Source of the DNA: Bdellovibrionota bacterium
GTDB lineage: Bacteria; Bdellovibrionota_C; UBA2361; OMII01
Assembly (NCBI GenBank): GCA_044345405.1
Contig: JBIJBE010000003.1
Span: forward strand, 64,001-128,000
Direction of reading: 5' to 3'
DNA: 64,000 bases
A program made the translations under genes and the position numbers. Under the pieces are notes generated by a model. It was given only the letters and a program-made list of their open reading frames with translations, was not told where the DNA came from and did not search any database. Below, one piece after another: positions 8,990 through 19,718 of this stretch; position 1 is the first letter of the stretch, and each line of letters opens with the position of its first letter.

Positions 8990-10423
8990 TCAGTCCCGCT
9001 CAAAGAGCATCTGCTGTCGCTTCGGCTTAATCTGCACCGGCATTCCCGCGGGATAATTTCCAGAGAAGCAAGCGTCGCAATATTTACCCTGGGTTGACTC
9101 AACCGCGCGGTAGAGCCCCTCGGTGGAGAGGTAGGCGAGGGAGTCAACGCCGATGTACTCAGCGATCTCCTCAATTGAGTGCTTGGAGGCGATGAGCTCG
9201 TGCTTATCGGGGGTATCGATACCGTAGTAGCACGGGTTCGTTGTCGGAGGGGAGGAGATGCGGAGGTGGATCTCTCGGGCTCCCGCTTGTCGGAGCATCG
9301 CGACGAGCTTCTTACTCGTTGTCCCTCGCACGATCGAGTCATCGACGACGATGATCGATTTTCCGGCGAGCACGTCACGGTTTGGATTAAGTTTAATCTT
9401 TACGCCGAAATCTCGAATGGATTGCTTTGGCTCAATAAATGTTCTTCCAACGTAGTGGTTTCGAACGAGTCCCATCTCATACGGGAGCTTCGCGGCTTCG
9501 GCATAGCCGATAGCGGCGGCGACACCTGAGTCGGGGACCGCGGTAACGAGATCCGCCATGACCGGCTTCTCGACCGCCAATTCTCGGCCCATGTTCTTGC
9601 GGAGCTGGTAGACGTTCTTGCCGAAGACCTTTGAGTCGGGGCGCGCGAAGTAGACGAACTCGAAGATGCAGGGCGCGGGACGTGAGAAACCGAAGGGGAA
9701 GTAGCTCTTCATTGAGCCGTCGCGGAACACTTCGATGAGCTCACCAGGTTCAACATCACGGAGGTAGGTCGCTCCGATGAGATCGAACGCGCACGTTTCG
9801 GACGCGAAGATCTTGGCACCATTAAGCTCTCCGATCGCAAGTGGTCGAAGGCCGTGCATGTCGCGACACACCATGAGGCGGTCCTCGAAGAGCATAAGGA
9901 GCGAGAACGCCCCCTTTATCTTTTGAAGGGCCGCGATAACTGATTCAACGAGGGGTTGTTCCCGGTCACCGTGGGCGAGGAGGTGCAAGATCGTCTCAGT
10001 GTCCGAGGTTGAGGCGAAGATAGATCCCTGCTCGATCAGCTCTCGACGGAGGTCGTCCGCGTTGGTGAGGTTTCCGTTGTGCGCGACCGCCGTATGTCCA
10101 AGGGCGATGTCAGCGACGAAGGGCTGAACGTTCGCTAATCGGTTTCCACCAGCGGTGGTGTACCGAACGTGACCGATCGCTACGCCCCCCGGGAGCCCCG
10201 TGAAGTCAAAGCTTCCGAAGACATCCGCCACGAGGCCGAGCCCCTTGTGAACGTAGAAGTGGGGGAGGTCATCACCATTTCGATCGACGGATACAACGCC
10301 CGCGCCCTCTTGTCCGCGGTGCTGCTGAGCGTAAAGTCCCAGGTAGGTCAGGTTCGCCGCCTCAGGGTGGTTCCACACCGCCATGAGACCACATTCGTCA
10401 TGAAATTTATCTTCGCTGAACAT
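8990..10423 (-). CDS. purF: Amidophosphoribosyltransferase
   Basis: Propeptide ..HDECG, QHRGQEGAG, GHVRYTT, VVDDSIVRGTT. Confidence 0.98.
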   Translation of the reverse strand: MFSEDKFHDECGLMAVWNHPEAANLTYLGLYAQQHRGQEGAGVVSVDRNGDDLPHFYVHKGLGLVADVFGSFDFTGLPGGVAIGHVRYTTAGGNRLANVQPFVADIALGHTAVAHNGNLTNADDLRRELIEQGSIFASTSDTETILHLLAHGDREQPLVESVIAALQKIKGAFSLLMLFEDRLMVCRDMHGLRPLAIGELNGAKIFASETCAFDLIGATYLRDVEPGELIEVFRDGSMKSYFPFGFSRPAPCIFEFVYFARPDSKVFGKNVYQLRKNMGRELAVEKPVMADLVTAVPDSGVAAAIGYAEAAKLPYEMGLVRNHYVGRTFIEPKQSIRDFGVKIKLNPNRDVLAGKSIIVVDDSIVRGTTSKKLVAMLRQAGAREIHLRISSPPTTNPCYYGIDTPDKHELIASKHSIEEIAEYIGVDSLAYLSTEGLYRAVESTQGKYCDACFSGNYPAGMPVQIKPKRQQMLFERD

Positions 10424-10427
10424 AGCC

Positions 10428-12671
10428 TTATCCCTCAAAGATCTGATCGAGTCCCGTAAACCACGTCTTGAATGCCTTCGCCGCGTCTATCTCCGCGATC
10501 CCCTCGACCTTGATCGTTGAGCCGGAGACCTTTCCTTCGCCGCCAACGGTGAGACCGAGAGCGGAGAGCTTCTCCTTTACCGCCGCTGTGTTCTCCGGGG
10601 GGCAACTTACAATAAAGCGCGCTCCGGTCTCCGCGAAGAGAACTCCATCAGGGCGTCCCCCGCTACTCGCAAGGGTAAGGTGCGCGCCGAGAGGGGCGTC
10701 GTAATCCTTAAAGCAGCACTCAGCGAGTGCGATGCCAAGTCCGCCCTCTGAGATGTCGTGGCATGAAGCGAGAAGCTTCGCGTTGATTAGGGCGCGAATA
10801 CCGTCGCATGTTGTTCGCTCGAGAGCATAATCAAGCTTCGGGAGCGCGCCGCGTTCGATACCGTGCGTGGTCGCGAGGTAGGCGCTTCCACCCACTTCGT
10901 TAGGATTGGTGGCTCCGATTACAAGGATCGTATCACCCGACCGTCTAAAGTGGGAGGGAACCGCGCTATGCACGTCCTCAAGTAAGCCAACGACGGCAAG
11001 GGTAGGGGTCGGTTGAATCCCTTGTCCCTGTGTCTGGTTGTAAAGGCTCACGTTGCCGCTCACGACAGGAACGTCGAAGGCTCGAGCGGCTTCGCCGAGT
11101 CCCTTAATACAATGCGCGATCTGGTACATCGTCTTTGGATCTTCCGGGCTCGGCATGTTGAGACAATCAGAGATGCCGAGCGGGATCGCGCCGGTCGCGG
11201 CGATGTTGCGACACGCCTCGGCGAGTGAGTGCGCTGTTCCGTTGTGCGCGTCGATCGAGCAGTAACGAGAGTTGCAGTCGAGTGTGATGGCGATACCCTT
11301 CTCTTTGCCGCTCGCGGAACGAACTCGAACAACGCCGGCATCACTTCCGGGATGAACAACGGTGTCCGCTCGTACGGTCGAGTCGTATTGGCTGTAGAGA
11401 GGGTGTCGTGAGCAGAGGTTCGGAGAGCCGAGGAGGGAGATCCATGTCGACCCAAGATCCTTCGGAAGGGGAATCGACTCAAGATCGATCGGAGCCGTGA
11501 GAGATGGATCTGACGGCGGTGTCATCGGCCAGTTGTACTTCGGTACCGCGCTCGTCAGAAGCTTCGCTGGTATGGAGGATACGAGTTCACCGTGCCAGAA
11601 GAGCTCCACGTCACCACCAGCGATAACCTCGCCGATAGCGACCGCGTCGAGCTCCCATCGCTTGAAGATCTCAATCAGCTTGTCCTCTTGGCCTGCCTTC
11701 ACGATGAAGAGCATGCGCTCCTGTGATTCAGAAAGCATAATCTCATAGGGATTCATTCCCTCTTCACGTTGAGGGACTCGGTCGAGGTGCATGCGAACAC
11801 CGTTGTCCCCTCGATCCGCCATCTCAAATGACGAACTCGTAAGACCCGCCGCGCCCATGTCCTGCACGCCGACAACGCAGCCGCTCTTGAACGCCTCGAG
11901 GCACGCCTCAAGAAGGAGCTTCTCTTGGAAGGGATCGCCGACCTGAACGGTTGGGCGCTTCGCCTCGGAGTTATCATCAAACTCCTCTGATGACATGCTC
12001 GCGCCGTGGATTCCATCTCGCCCGGTTTTAGAACCAACATAGAGAACGGTGTTGCCGATCCCCGCCGCTGTGCCGAGAAATACCTCGTCCTGTTTTACCA
12101 CGCCGAGCGCGAATGCGTTCACAAGGCAGTTACCGTTGAACGATGGATTGAACGAGAGCTCGCCACCAACAGTGGGGATACCCATACAGTTTCCGTAGAA
12201 GCCGATGCCGTTCACCGCGCGACGGAGAAGATACCGGCTCTTTGGAAGAGCGGTGTCTCCGAAACGAAGCGAGTTGAGGAGCGCGATCGGTCGGGCTCCC
12301 ATCGTGAATACGTCTCGAAGGATGCCGCCGACGCCGGTGGCCGCGCCCTGGAAAGGCTCGATGAACGATGGATGATTGTGACTCTCAACTTTAAATACAA
12401 CCGCTTCGTTGTCGCCGATGTCGACGACGCATGCGTTCTCCCCCGGCCCGACGATAACTTTGGGGCCCGTTGTCGGAAGGGTAGCGAGGTGAACCTTTGT
12501 GCTCTTGTAGGAACAGTGTTCCGAAAAAAGAGCCGAGCAGATACCGAGCTCGACCATATTGATTTCACGCCCCAGCGCGGTTTTGACCGCGGTGTATTCC
12601 GACTCTCGAAGACCGTGTTCCTTCGCGTCTTGGGTGGTAGCGGTTCGTCGCCAGGGGGGTGTGTTGGTCAT
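10428..12671 (-). CDS. purL: Phosphoribosylformylglycinamidine synthase, small-type PurL
   Basis: [44 protein letters not shown]. Confidence 0.98.
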   Translation of the reverse strand: MTNTPPWRRTATTQDAKEHGLRESEYTAVKTALGREINMVELGICSALFSEHCSYKSTKVHLATLPTTGPKVIVGPGENACVVDIGDNEAVVFKVESHNHPSFIEPFQGAATGVGGILRDVFTMGARPIALLNSLRFGDTALPKSRYLLRRAVNGIGFYGNCMGIPTVGGELSFNPSFNGNCLVNAFALGVVKQDEVFLGTAAGIGNTVLYVGSKTGRDGIHGASMSSEEFDDNSEAKRPTVQVGDPFQEKLLLEACLEAFKSGCVVGVQDMGAAGLTSSSFEMADRGDNGVRMHLDRVPQREEGMNPYEIMLSESQERMLFIVKAGQEDKLIEIFKRWELDAVAIGEVIAGGDVELFWHGELVSSIPAKLLTSAVPKYNWPMTPPSDPSLTAPIDLESIPLPKDLGSTWISLLGSPNLCSRHPLYSQYDSTVRADTVVHPGSDAGVVRVRSASGKEKGIAITLDCNSRYCSIDAHNGTAHSLAEACRNIAATGAIPLGISDCLNMPSPEDPKTMYQIAHCIKGLGEAARAFDVPVVSGNVSLYNQTQGQGIQPTPTLAVVGLLEDVHSAVPSHFRRSGDTILVIGATNPNEVGGSAYLATTHGIERGALPKLDYALERTTCDGIRALINAKLLASCHDISEGGLGIALAECCFKDYDAPLGAHLTLASSGGRPDGVLFAETGARFIVSCPPENTAAVKEKLSALGLTVGGEGKVSGSTIKVEGIAEIDAAKAFKTWFTGLDQIFEG

Positions 12672-13336
12672 AGGAATTTCCTTCTGAGCGCGGTTCGGAC
12701 GAAGTCTATACCGGGAAACGGGATTCCTCAATCTTTACCTACAAATAGAACCAATGTAAGGGATAGAAATCCGCCCGCTATTCAGGTTTTTGAGGGGGCG
12801 GATCAAGCCGAGCGATTTGGGTAATCTCGGTATCGGAGATTGTAAGTGACGAGTGTCGTTCGACCCGGTCCCTAAGAGGGTTCATAGCGCTCCCTGAGGA
12901 GCGGATGTACGGTTTCACGCGCGCTGTTTCACGGCGTAGTACGATGTTCTCTTAAAGCCAAAAAAAGATTCAAAAAAAATGGCCACCAGCCAATCGATTT
13001 TGGGGCTGCGACATCAAACAATTAACGGCTAAGTGCGTGAAGGGTAGAGGATCCGGATGTGAATGGGGTTTTCGGTCTCTCTGGAGATTGTTTACCGTAA
13101 GAGGAGCGTGATTCCTCATATAGTTCACCTTTTGAGCCGAATGAAGTTGTTGATGTCTTTAGCAGCGGGTCGTTTCCCGGGGAGAGGATTGAGCTGTGTA
13201 TTCGCAGTATCGATACCGAATTCCGAGAGACGATTAAGATCAGACACTGACCACAACAGGGGCGCGTGAGGGGGATCTCAAGCATGTTCTTTGAAATGAG
13301 TGGGTGGTGATTCTGCGAACGTAAGGAGAAGGTTCC

Positions 13337-15271
13337 ATGTCGAAGGAAAATAAATTCCAAAAATTGATCCAAGAGGATCGCGAGACCCGTAAAAAAACTT
13401 CCTGGAAAGGTACGATGCTTGAGTACCTTGAGAAAGTTCGCGAGAACCCAGGAGCGGTAAAGCTCGCGCACAAGCGGCTCTACGACATGATCGCTGACAA
13501 GGGCACCGTCGAGGTTGACCTTGAGCAAGACCCGAGTCTCAAGCGGATCTTCAAGGGTGAGAAACTTAAAGTCTTTAATTTCTTCGCCGACGAGTTCTTC
13601 GGCATGGAGAAAACGCTCAACCAGATTGTGCGATATTTTCACTCCGCGTCGCTGCGAGGAGAGGAGAGTCGACAGGTGCTCTACCTGGTAGGTCCTGTAG
13701 GTTCAGGAAAGAGCTCCCTTGTGGAGCGGCTCAAGAAGGGCCTTGAGCACATTCAGTTCTTCTACTCGATTGAGGGATGTCCGATGAACGAGGAGCCGCT
13801 GCACCTCGTGCCTCGACACCTTCGAAAGGAGTTCTCCAAAATGCTCGGTGTTGAGATCGAGGGAGACCTTTGTCCGGTATGTCGATATCGCCTCAAGGAG
13901 GAGTTCAAAGGCAAGTGGGAGGATGTTCCCGTTAAGACACAAGAGTTCTCGATTCGAGCCAAGCGGGGCGTGGGTGTTGTGCCCCCGGTAGATCCAAACA
14001 ACCAAGACACAAGCGTTCTCATCGGTGGTGAGGATATCTCAAAGCTCGACCTCTACTCAGAGGGCGATCCACGAGTGCTCGACCTGACGGGCGCGCTCAA
14101 CGTGGGTAACCGCGGAATGGTTGAGTTCATCGAGGTGTTCAAGAACGAGACCGAGTATCTTCACGCGATGATCACCGCGACCCAGGAGAAATCGATTCCA
14201 GCTCCCGGGCGTCACGGAATGATCTACGTCGATACCTGTATCGTGGCGCACTCCAACGAAGCGGAGTGGAAGAAGTTTAAGAGCGATCACACGAACGAGG
14301 CGATCCTTGACCGTATCGTGACTGTGAAGGTTCCGTATAACTTGAGGCTCTCTGAAGAGGTGAAGATCTATAAAAAGATTATTCGCCAATCGCAGTTCAC
14401 AGCCGATATCGCTCCGCACACGATCGAGATCGCGTCGATGTTCGCGATCCTCTCTCGACTTGAGCCAACCAACAAGTGCGACCTGATGACCAAACTCAAG
14501 CTCTACAACGGTGAAGAGGTTGTGGAGAAGGGTAAGACCAAGCGCATCGATGTGGTAGAACTTCGTGAAGAAGCGAAGAGCGAGGGAATGAATGGTATCT
14601 CGACCCGTTTCATCATGAAGGCGCTCGACAACGCGCTCTCTGATAACGTGGAGATGAACGCTATCAATCCTATCTCGGTACGAGAGGCGCTCGTGTCGAT
14701 GGTTAAGGAGGCGGACTTCGCGGATGACGTTAAGAAACGCTACCTTGAGTTCCTCCAAGACACCCTCCACAAGGAGTATCTTGAGGTGCTTGAGAAGGAG
14801 ATCACGAAGGCGTTCGTCTACTCCTACCAAGAGCAGGCCGAATCACTCTTCCAGAACTACCTCGACCACGCTGAGTCCTACGTGACGAAGAAGAAGTTTA
14901 AGGACCGCAGCACGGGCGAAGTGCTCGAGCCGGACGAGGGGTTCATGAAGTCCATCGAGGAGCAGATCGCTATCATCGGCACCGCATGTGATGGATTCCG
15001 TCAGGAGGTCATCGCGTACCTCTGGTCAGCTGGACGCCGCGGCGAGAAGGTTACGTACGAGAGCTACGAGCCGCTCAAAGAGGCGATCGAGAAGAAGCTT
15101 ATGGCGAGCGTTCGCGATGTATCGCGAATTATCACCAAGGCTCGTACTCGAGATGACGACCAGCACAAGAAGTACAACAAGATGGTTGAGCAGCTTATTC
15201 GAAACGGATATCCAGCGAGTTGCGTGGATGTGATCCTGAAGTACGCCGCCAACAATCTTTGGAAGGACTAA
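13337..15271 (+). CDS. prkA: PrkA/YeaG family AAA+ serine kinase
   Basis: GPVGSGKSS, GNRGMVEFIEVFK, HSNEAEW; first gene of the yeaG-yeaH-spoVR trio. Confidence 0.95.
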   Translation: MSKENKFQKLIQEDRETRKKTSWKGTMLEYLEKVRENPGAVKLAHKRLYDMIADKGTVEVDLEQDPSLKRIFKGEKLKVFNFFADEFFGMEKTLNQIVRYFHSASLRGEESRQVLYLVGPVGSGKSSLVERLKKGLEHIQFFYSIEGCPMNEEPLHLVPRHLRKEFSKMLGVEIEGDLCPVCRYRLKEEFKGKWEDVPVKTQEFSIRAKRGVGVVPPVDPNNQDTSVLIGGEDISKLDLYSEGDPRVLDLTGALNVGNRGMVEFIEVFKNETEYLHAMITATQEKSIPAPGRHGMIYVDTCIVAHSNEAEWKKFKSDHTNEAILDRIVTVKVPYNLRLSEEVKIYKKIIRQSQFTADIAPHTIEIASMFAILSRLEPTNKCDLMTKLKLYNGEEVVEKGKTKRIDVVELREEAKSEGMNGISTRFIMKALDNALSDNVEMNAINPISVREALVSMVKEADFADDVKKRYLEFLQDTLHKEYLEVLEKEITKAFVYSYQEQAESLFQNYLDHAESYVTKKKFKDRSTGEVLEPDEGFMKSIEEQIAIIGTACDGFRQEVIAYLWSAGRRGEKVTYESYEPLKEAIEKKLMASVRDVSRIITKARTRDDDQHKKYNKMVEQLIRNGYPASCVDVILKYAANNLWKD

Positions 15272-15296
15272 ACGTTCCCCGCTTCGGTGAGGTGTA

Positions 15297-16532
15297 ATGT
15301 CGACCATATTTCGTCCCTACACTCCTAGCTCGCAGCGCTCTGACCGGAGCGCGCGAGATAGGATGAGGCACCGCCAAAAGATCAAGGACTCTATTCGCGA
15401 TAACATCGGTGATATCCTCGCTGAGGAATCAATCATCGGTCGTGATCGGGATAAGATTATCAAGGTGCCGATCCGTTCGGTAAAGGAGTACCGTTTCATC
15501 TACGGCGAAAACTCTCCCGGAGTCGCTCAGGGCGATGGAGAACAGAAGCCGGGTGATGTGGTCCAGCAGGGTGACCAAGAGGGGAAAGGACAGGGCGGTA
15601 AAGGTGGAGATCAGCCAGGTGTCGACGCCTTCGAGACCGATATTACCCTTGAGGAGCTCATCGCGATCATGTTCGATGACCTCGAGCTTCCGGAGCTCGA
15701 GAGGAAAGCCTTGAAAGAGATCGTGTCAGACGACGCCCGGAAGCGTAAGGGACGCCGTCACGCTGGTATTCGCCCACGACTCGATAAGCGAGCGACCGCT
15801 CGTAATCGAGCCCGCAGGTGGATGTCGGTACGTCGAAGCCGTGAGGTCGGTCCCGATGGTGAGAAACCTCGGTTCCCGTTCCACGAGGACGACATGCGGT
15901 ACTACCACATCGTGCCGACAACCAAAGAGGCCTCGAACGCCGTGATCTTCTGTATCATGGATACCTCGGGGTCTATGGGTACGGTGAAGAAGTACCTCGC
16001 GCGGAGCTTCTACTTTCTTCTGTATCAATTCGTTCGCCAGAAATACGCCAACGTTGAGGTGGTCTTTATCGCCCATCACACTGAGGCGAAAGAGGTGAGC
16101 GAGGAGGACTTCTTCCACAAGGTGGAGTCGGGCGGTACCTACATATCGTCGGGCTATAAGAAGGCGCTTGAGATCATCGAGGATAGGTATCACCCATCGC
16201 TATGGAACGTGTACGCGTTTCACTGCTCTGATGGTGACAACTTCTACTCCGACAATGAGCGCGCGCTTCAAGCCGCTGAGGAATTGTGTAAGGTGTGCAA
16301 TCTCTTCGGCTACGGTGAGATAAAGCCCTCGGGAAGCGCCTACTACAGCGGGAGCATGTTGGAGGTGTTCGGCGCTATCAAGGCCGATAACTTCCACATG
16401 ATTACGATTGAGAAGAAAGAGGACCTCTGGGAAGGCTTCCGAAGCTTCCTGCTGAAGGATAAGGCGAGCGGTGTTTCAGCTCACGGAAAAGTTTTTGGTG
16501 GGAGCGAGGGGGCGGCTTCGGCCGCGCCGTAG
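15297..16532 (+). CDS. yeaH: YeaH/YhbH (DUF444) vWA-like protein
   Basis: MDTSGSMG, ESGGTYISS, HCSDGDN; gene context. Confidence 0.93.
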   Translation: MSTIFRPYTPSSQRSDRSARDRMRHRQKIKDSIRDNIGDILAEESIIGRDRDKIIKVPIRSVKEYRFIYGENSPGVAQGDGEQKPGDVVQQGDQEGKGQGGKGGDQPGVDAFETDITLEELIAIMFDDLELPELERKALKEIVSDDARKRKGRRHAGIRPRLDKRATARNRARRWMSVRRSREVGPDGEKPRFPFHEDDMRYYHIVPTTKEASNAVIFCIMDTSGSMGTVKKYLARSFYFLLYQFVRQKYANVEVVFIAHHTEAKEVSEEDFFHKVESGGTYISSGYKKALEIIEDRYHPSLWNVYAFHCSDGDNFYSDNERALQAAEELCKVCNLFGYGEIKPSGSAYYSGSMLEVFGAIKADNFHMITIEKKEDLWEGFRSFLLKDKASGVSAHGKVFGGSEGAASAAP

Positions 16533-16538
16533 GAAGGT

Positions 16539-17996
16539 ATGTCACACAATATCGACGAACTTGCGGATTGGGATAAACGGATACTAGAGCTCGTCCATCG
16601 TTACGGGCTGAACTGCTATCCCCAAGAGTTTGAGATCTGTGACCACAATGAGATGCTGGGATACATGGCCTACACCGGTATGCCATCGCACTACCCGCAT
16701 TGGTCGTACGGTAAGTCGTTCGAGCGGCAGAAGACGATGTACGACTACGGTGTATCTGGGCTTCCGTATGAGATGGTGATTAACTCTAATCCGTGTCTCG
16801 CGTACTTGATGCGGGATAACTCGCTCCTCTTGCAGGTGCTGACGATTGCCCACGTATATGGGCACAACGATTTTTTCGCCAATAACTTCACCTTTACCTC
16901 CGGCACGAAAGCTCAGCACGTTCTTCAGTCATTCAAGAGCCATGGGCAACGTATCAGCTCATATCAAGAGGATCCCTCGATCGGTGTAGAGGCGGTCGAG
17001 AACATGATCGATCACGCGCACGCGATCTGTTACCAGCGGTCCCGCAATCTCGCCATAAAGCAGCTGTCTCAAGATGAGCAGGTGGTTCGCGCGTGGGAAC
17101 GATCGCAGCCTCCAGCGGACCCCTGGAGAGAGATTCATCCCGCCCCTGAATATAAGGCACCGAACCTCACCAGGGTGCCAGCGGAGCCGCAGGAGAACAT
17201 TCTGCAGTTTATCGCCAAGTACAATCCGTACCTCCCTGAGTGGAAGAGGGATATCCTTCTGATCGTTGATGCCCAGACGCAATACTTCATGCCGCAGATG
17301 GACACGAAGATCATGAACGAGGGATGGGCGAGCTACTGGCACCACAAGATATTAAACGAGCTGAAGCTCCCACAAGGGATGCACCTTGAGTTCCTGGTGC
17401 GGCACAACCAGGTATTACGTCCTCATCCAGGTGGACTCAATCCCTATCACCTCGGTTTCGTGTTGTGGCACGACATCGAGCGTCGGTGGAACGAGGGGGA
17501 TATCGGCAAGGAGTGGTCTGATGATAAGCCGCCGACCGCGGAGGGCATCAAAGACGAGAACGACACTCCAGGAAGGAAAAAGATCTTTGAGATCCGTGAA
17601 GCTGATCGCGATCAATCGTTCCTTCGTCGCTTCCTTACCCGTGAGATCATGGAGGAGTTGCACCTCTTCCAGCATGAGCGAAGGGGTAAAGACCGCGTGG
17701 TTACCAAGGTGGCGAGCGAAGAGGGGTGGCGTGAGGTAAAAGAGAACCTTATCAAGAACGTTGGAACCGGCTCTATCCCTGTGATTAAGATCGAGGACGC
17801 TGATTTCGGCAAGAACCGCACACTCTACATGAAGCACTACCATGACGGACGAGATCTTCAGCTTGAGTATGCCGAGCACACCCTCAAACACGTCGCCGCG
17901 CTGTGGGAGCGTGAGGTCGTCTTAGAGACCTCTATCAACGGTAAGGAGTCGCTCCTGAAGTTGGTGGGGGATTCGCTTAAGATTGAGCGGTTGTAG
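16539..17996 (+). CDS. spoVR: SpoVR/YcgB family protein
   Basis: GMPSHYPHWSYGK, YEMVINSNPC, TKIMNEGWASYWH. Confidence 0.95.
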   Translation: MSHNIDELADWDKRILELVHRYGLNCYPQEFEICDHNEMLGYMAYTGMPSHYPHWSYGKSFERQKTMYDYGVSGLPYEMVINSNPCLAYLMRDNSLLLQVLTIAHVYGHNDFFANNFTFTSGTKAQHVLQSFKSHGQRISSYQEDPSIGVEAVENMIDHAHAICYQRSRNLAIKQLSQDEQVVRAWERSQPPADPWREIHPAPEYKAPNLTRVPAEPQENILQFIAKYNPYLPEWKRDILLIVDAQTQYFMPQMDTKIMNEGWASYWHHKILNELKLPQGMHLEFLVRHNQVLRPHPGGLNPYHLGFVLWHDIERRWNEGDIGKEWSDDKPPTAEGIKDENDTPGRKKIFEIREADRDQSFLRRFLTREIMEELHLFQHERRGKDRVVTKVASEEGWREVKENLIKNVGTGSIPVIKIEDADFGKNRTLYMKHYHDGRDLQLEYAEHTLKHVAALWEREVVLETSINGKESLLKLVGDSLKIERL

Positions 17997-18213
17997 CGTT
18001 GCAATGGCCCGATGCTTGTCCCAGGCTTTTCGATGAAGCTCAGATACCTCCAGTTGCCATACGGCCCGCCAGGAGTCGGGCCCTACCGGTTGTTGGGGTA
18101 GGGCCCGCGTCCTCGCGGGCCGTATCCTTCGCCCATCGATACGATTTGCGACCTCTCTCAAGATCGTATACACATGCCTCACTGAAGCCGTGCATATACG
18201 AGAGTTAGCCGTT

Positions 18214-18576
18214 ATGACCACCCCTCTCAGGGTTTATCACTACCCGAAATGCTCCACCTGCAAAAAGGCCCTGGCGTTCCTTCGCGAAAAGGGAATTCCA
18301 TTTGAGGAGGTCGATATCTCGGTTACCCCGCCCTCAAAGGATGAGCTGCGAACCATGATTGAACGCCGAGGTGGTATTCGCACTCTCTTTAACACATCAG
18401 GCCAGCGATATCGGGAGGGGGGATTCTCCGAGAAGGTCGCGACGATGAGCGTAGAGGAGGCCGTTGAGGCGCTCGCGCAGGACGGAATGCTCGTGAAGCG
18501 ACCCTTTGCGCTCGCTGGGGAGTATGGGCTAGTTGGATTTAAGCCGGAGCAGTGGGAGGTTCTTCGAACCGCGTAA
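18214..18576 (+). CDS. ArsC/Spx/YffB family thioredoxin-fold protein
   Basis: YPKCSTCKKA, FNTSGQRYRE, LVKRP. Confidence 0.9.
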   Translation: MTTPLRVYHYPKCSTCKKALAFLREKGIPFEEVDISVTPPSKDELRTMIERRGGIRTLFNTSGQRYREGGFSEKVATMSVEEAVEALAQDGMLVKRPFALAGEYGLVGFKPEQWEVLRTA

Positions 18577-18601
18577 TCTACATAGCTCCCACTATGTGGG
18601 G

Positions 18602-19606
18602 CTAGAACTCACTCATCCGCAGCTGTACGGATTTGAGGATGTTCAGGAACGGTTGCTTCCGCGCCATATAGGTCGAGCCGGCGGTGGCATCCCAGCGAGA
18701 CACCTCGGCGATTGATTTCTCAATTGCCTGGCGAGCTGTCTTGCATGCGGTGTCGTAGACCTTGCGGGCGTTCTCATTGCCCCCTAACGTCACCAGAACG
18801 TCGAGTACCTTATTCCATTCAGCTTGAAGTCTCTCCGCAATCGTATCGCGGTGCCACAGCAATCGGTATCCATCACCATTCTCAAGTGGCTTGTCGAGCT
18901 GGAGCTTTTCGACCTCGACATAGCTCTTCAAGTATCTTCCTCGAATCGCCTCAAGATAGGTTTGGAGTCGTTTCGTCGGAAGATCGAGCCTTTGGAAATG
19001 CTCTACCATCGATCCGGCGGCGCCCACGAGTCCGAGGAGTCGGTCATCGCTCGATGAGAGATCGTAATCTGTGGTGAGTTGCTGACAGAGGGTCAGATAG
19101 AGGGCGCTCAACCCACGCTTTTGGGAGGGGGTGATGGTGAGAGGCTCGAGGGCCGCGAGGTAGCTCGCGAAGCGTTCTCCATCCTCGATATGGAGCGATA
19201 ACTTGGTGGAGTCGAAGTCGCGACCAACACCAACAAAATCCCATCCTCCCTTAACAGGTCCAACTTTGAGGCCGATGGCGGCGAGGGTGGGGGCCATATC
19301 CGCTTCAAACTGCTCTCGGAAGATCTGGCGTTGTGAGCTCTCCTCCCGGATCGCATGCGCCATCAACTTCCGAGGAGGGACTTGAGAGTTCGGCGGTAGT
19401 TCTTCAAGCTGATTGACCATGCCTACGATCAGGCGTCCAAGGGTTGGGCCAAGGCCGGTGCCTTCGTTGTGAGCCTTAAGCCGGTCCGTTATGACGGAGA
19501 GGTCGATAGCGCTGTATCGTATCTCCGCCGCGGGAAGGGCCAGCTTCTCGGTGTTGAGCTGTTTTGCTGCAAGTTCTTCAGGTGAGGGTGGTAGCGGTTG
19601 TAGCAT
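18602..19606 (-). CDS. Hypothetical protein
   Basis: Long ORF filling the gap, GGGAGG RBS before ATG 19606; no recognised motif. Confidence 0.75.
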   Translation of the reverse strand: MLQPLPPSPEELAAKQLNTEKLALPAAEIRYSAIDLSVITDRLKAHNEGTGLGPTLGRLIVGMVNQLEELPPNSQVPPRKLMAHAIREESSQRQIFREQFEADMAPTLAAIGLKVGPVKGGWDFVGVGRDFDSTKLSLHIEDGERFASYLAALEPLTITPSQKRGLSALYLTLCQQLTTDYDLSSSDDRLLGLVGAAGSMVEHFQRLDLPTKRLQTYLEAIRGRYLKSYVEVEKLQLDKPLENGDGYRLLWHRDTIAERLQAEWNKVLDVLVTLGGNENARKVYDTACKTARQAIEKSIAEVSRWDATAGSTYMARKQPFLNILKSVQLRMSEF

Positions 19607-19718
19607 GTGCCTCCCGGTGTAATCCTCCTTCCATTGTGGCAGAAGGAAACCGCTACGCAATCCGCTACGAATTGAGACCGATTCCGACAGATGGAGAGAG
19701 GGGGCTCTCGGTGAAAGC

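Noticed and set aside
5388-9239. Diversity-generating retroelement TR/VR pair
   Set aside because: No reverse transcriptase; mismatches are not adenine-specific and are mostly synonymous.
12732-13336. Sigma54 promoter or ncRNA upstream of prkA
   Set aside because: No TGGCAC-N5-TTGC match or convincing structure found; only A-tracts near 12960-12980.
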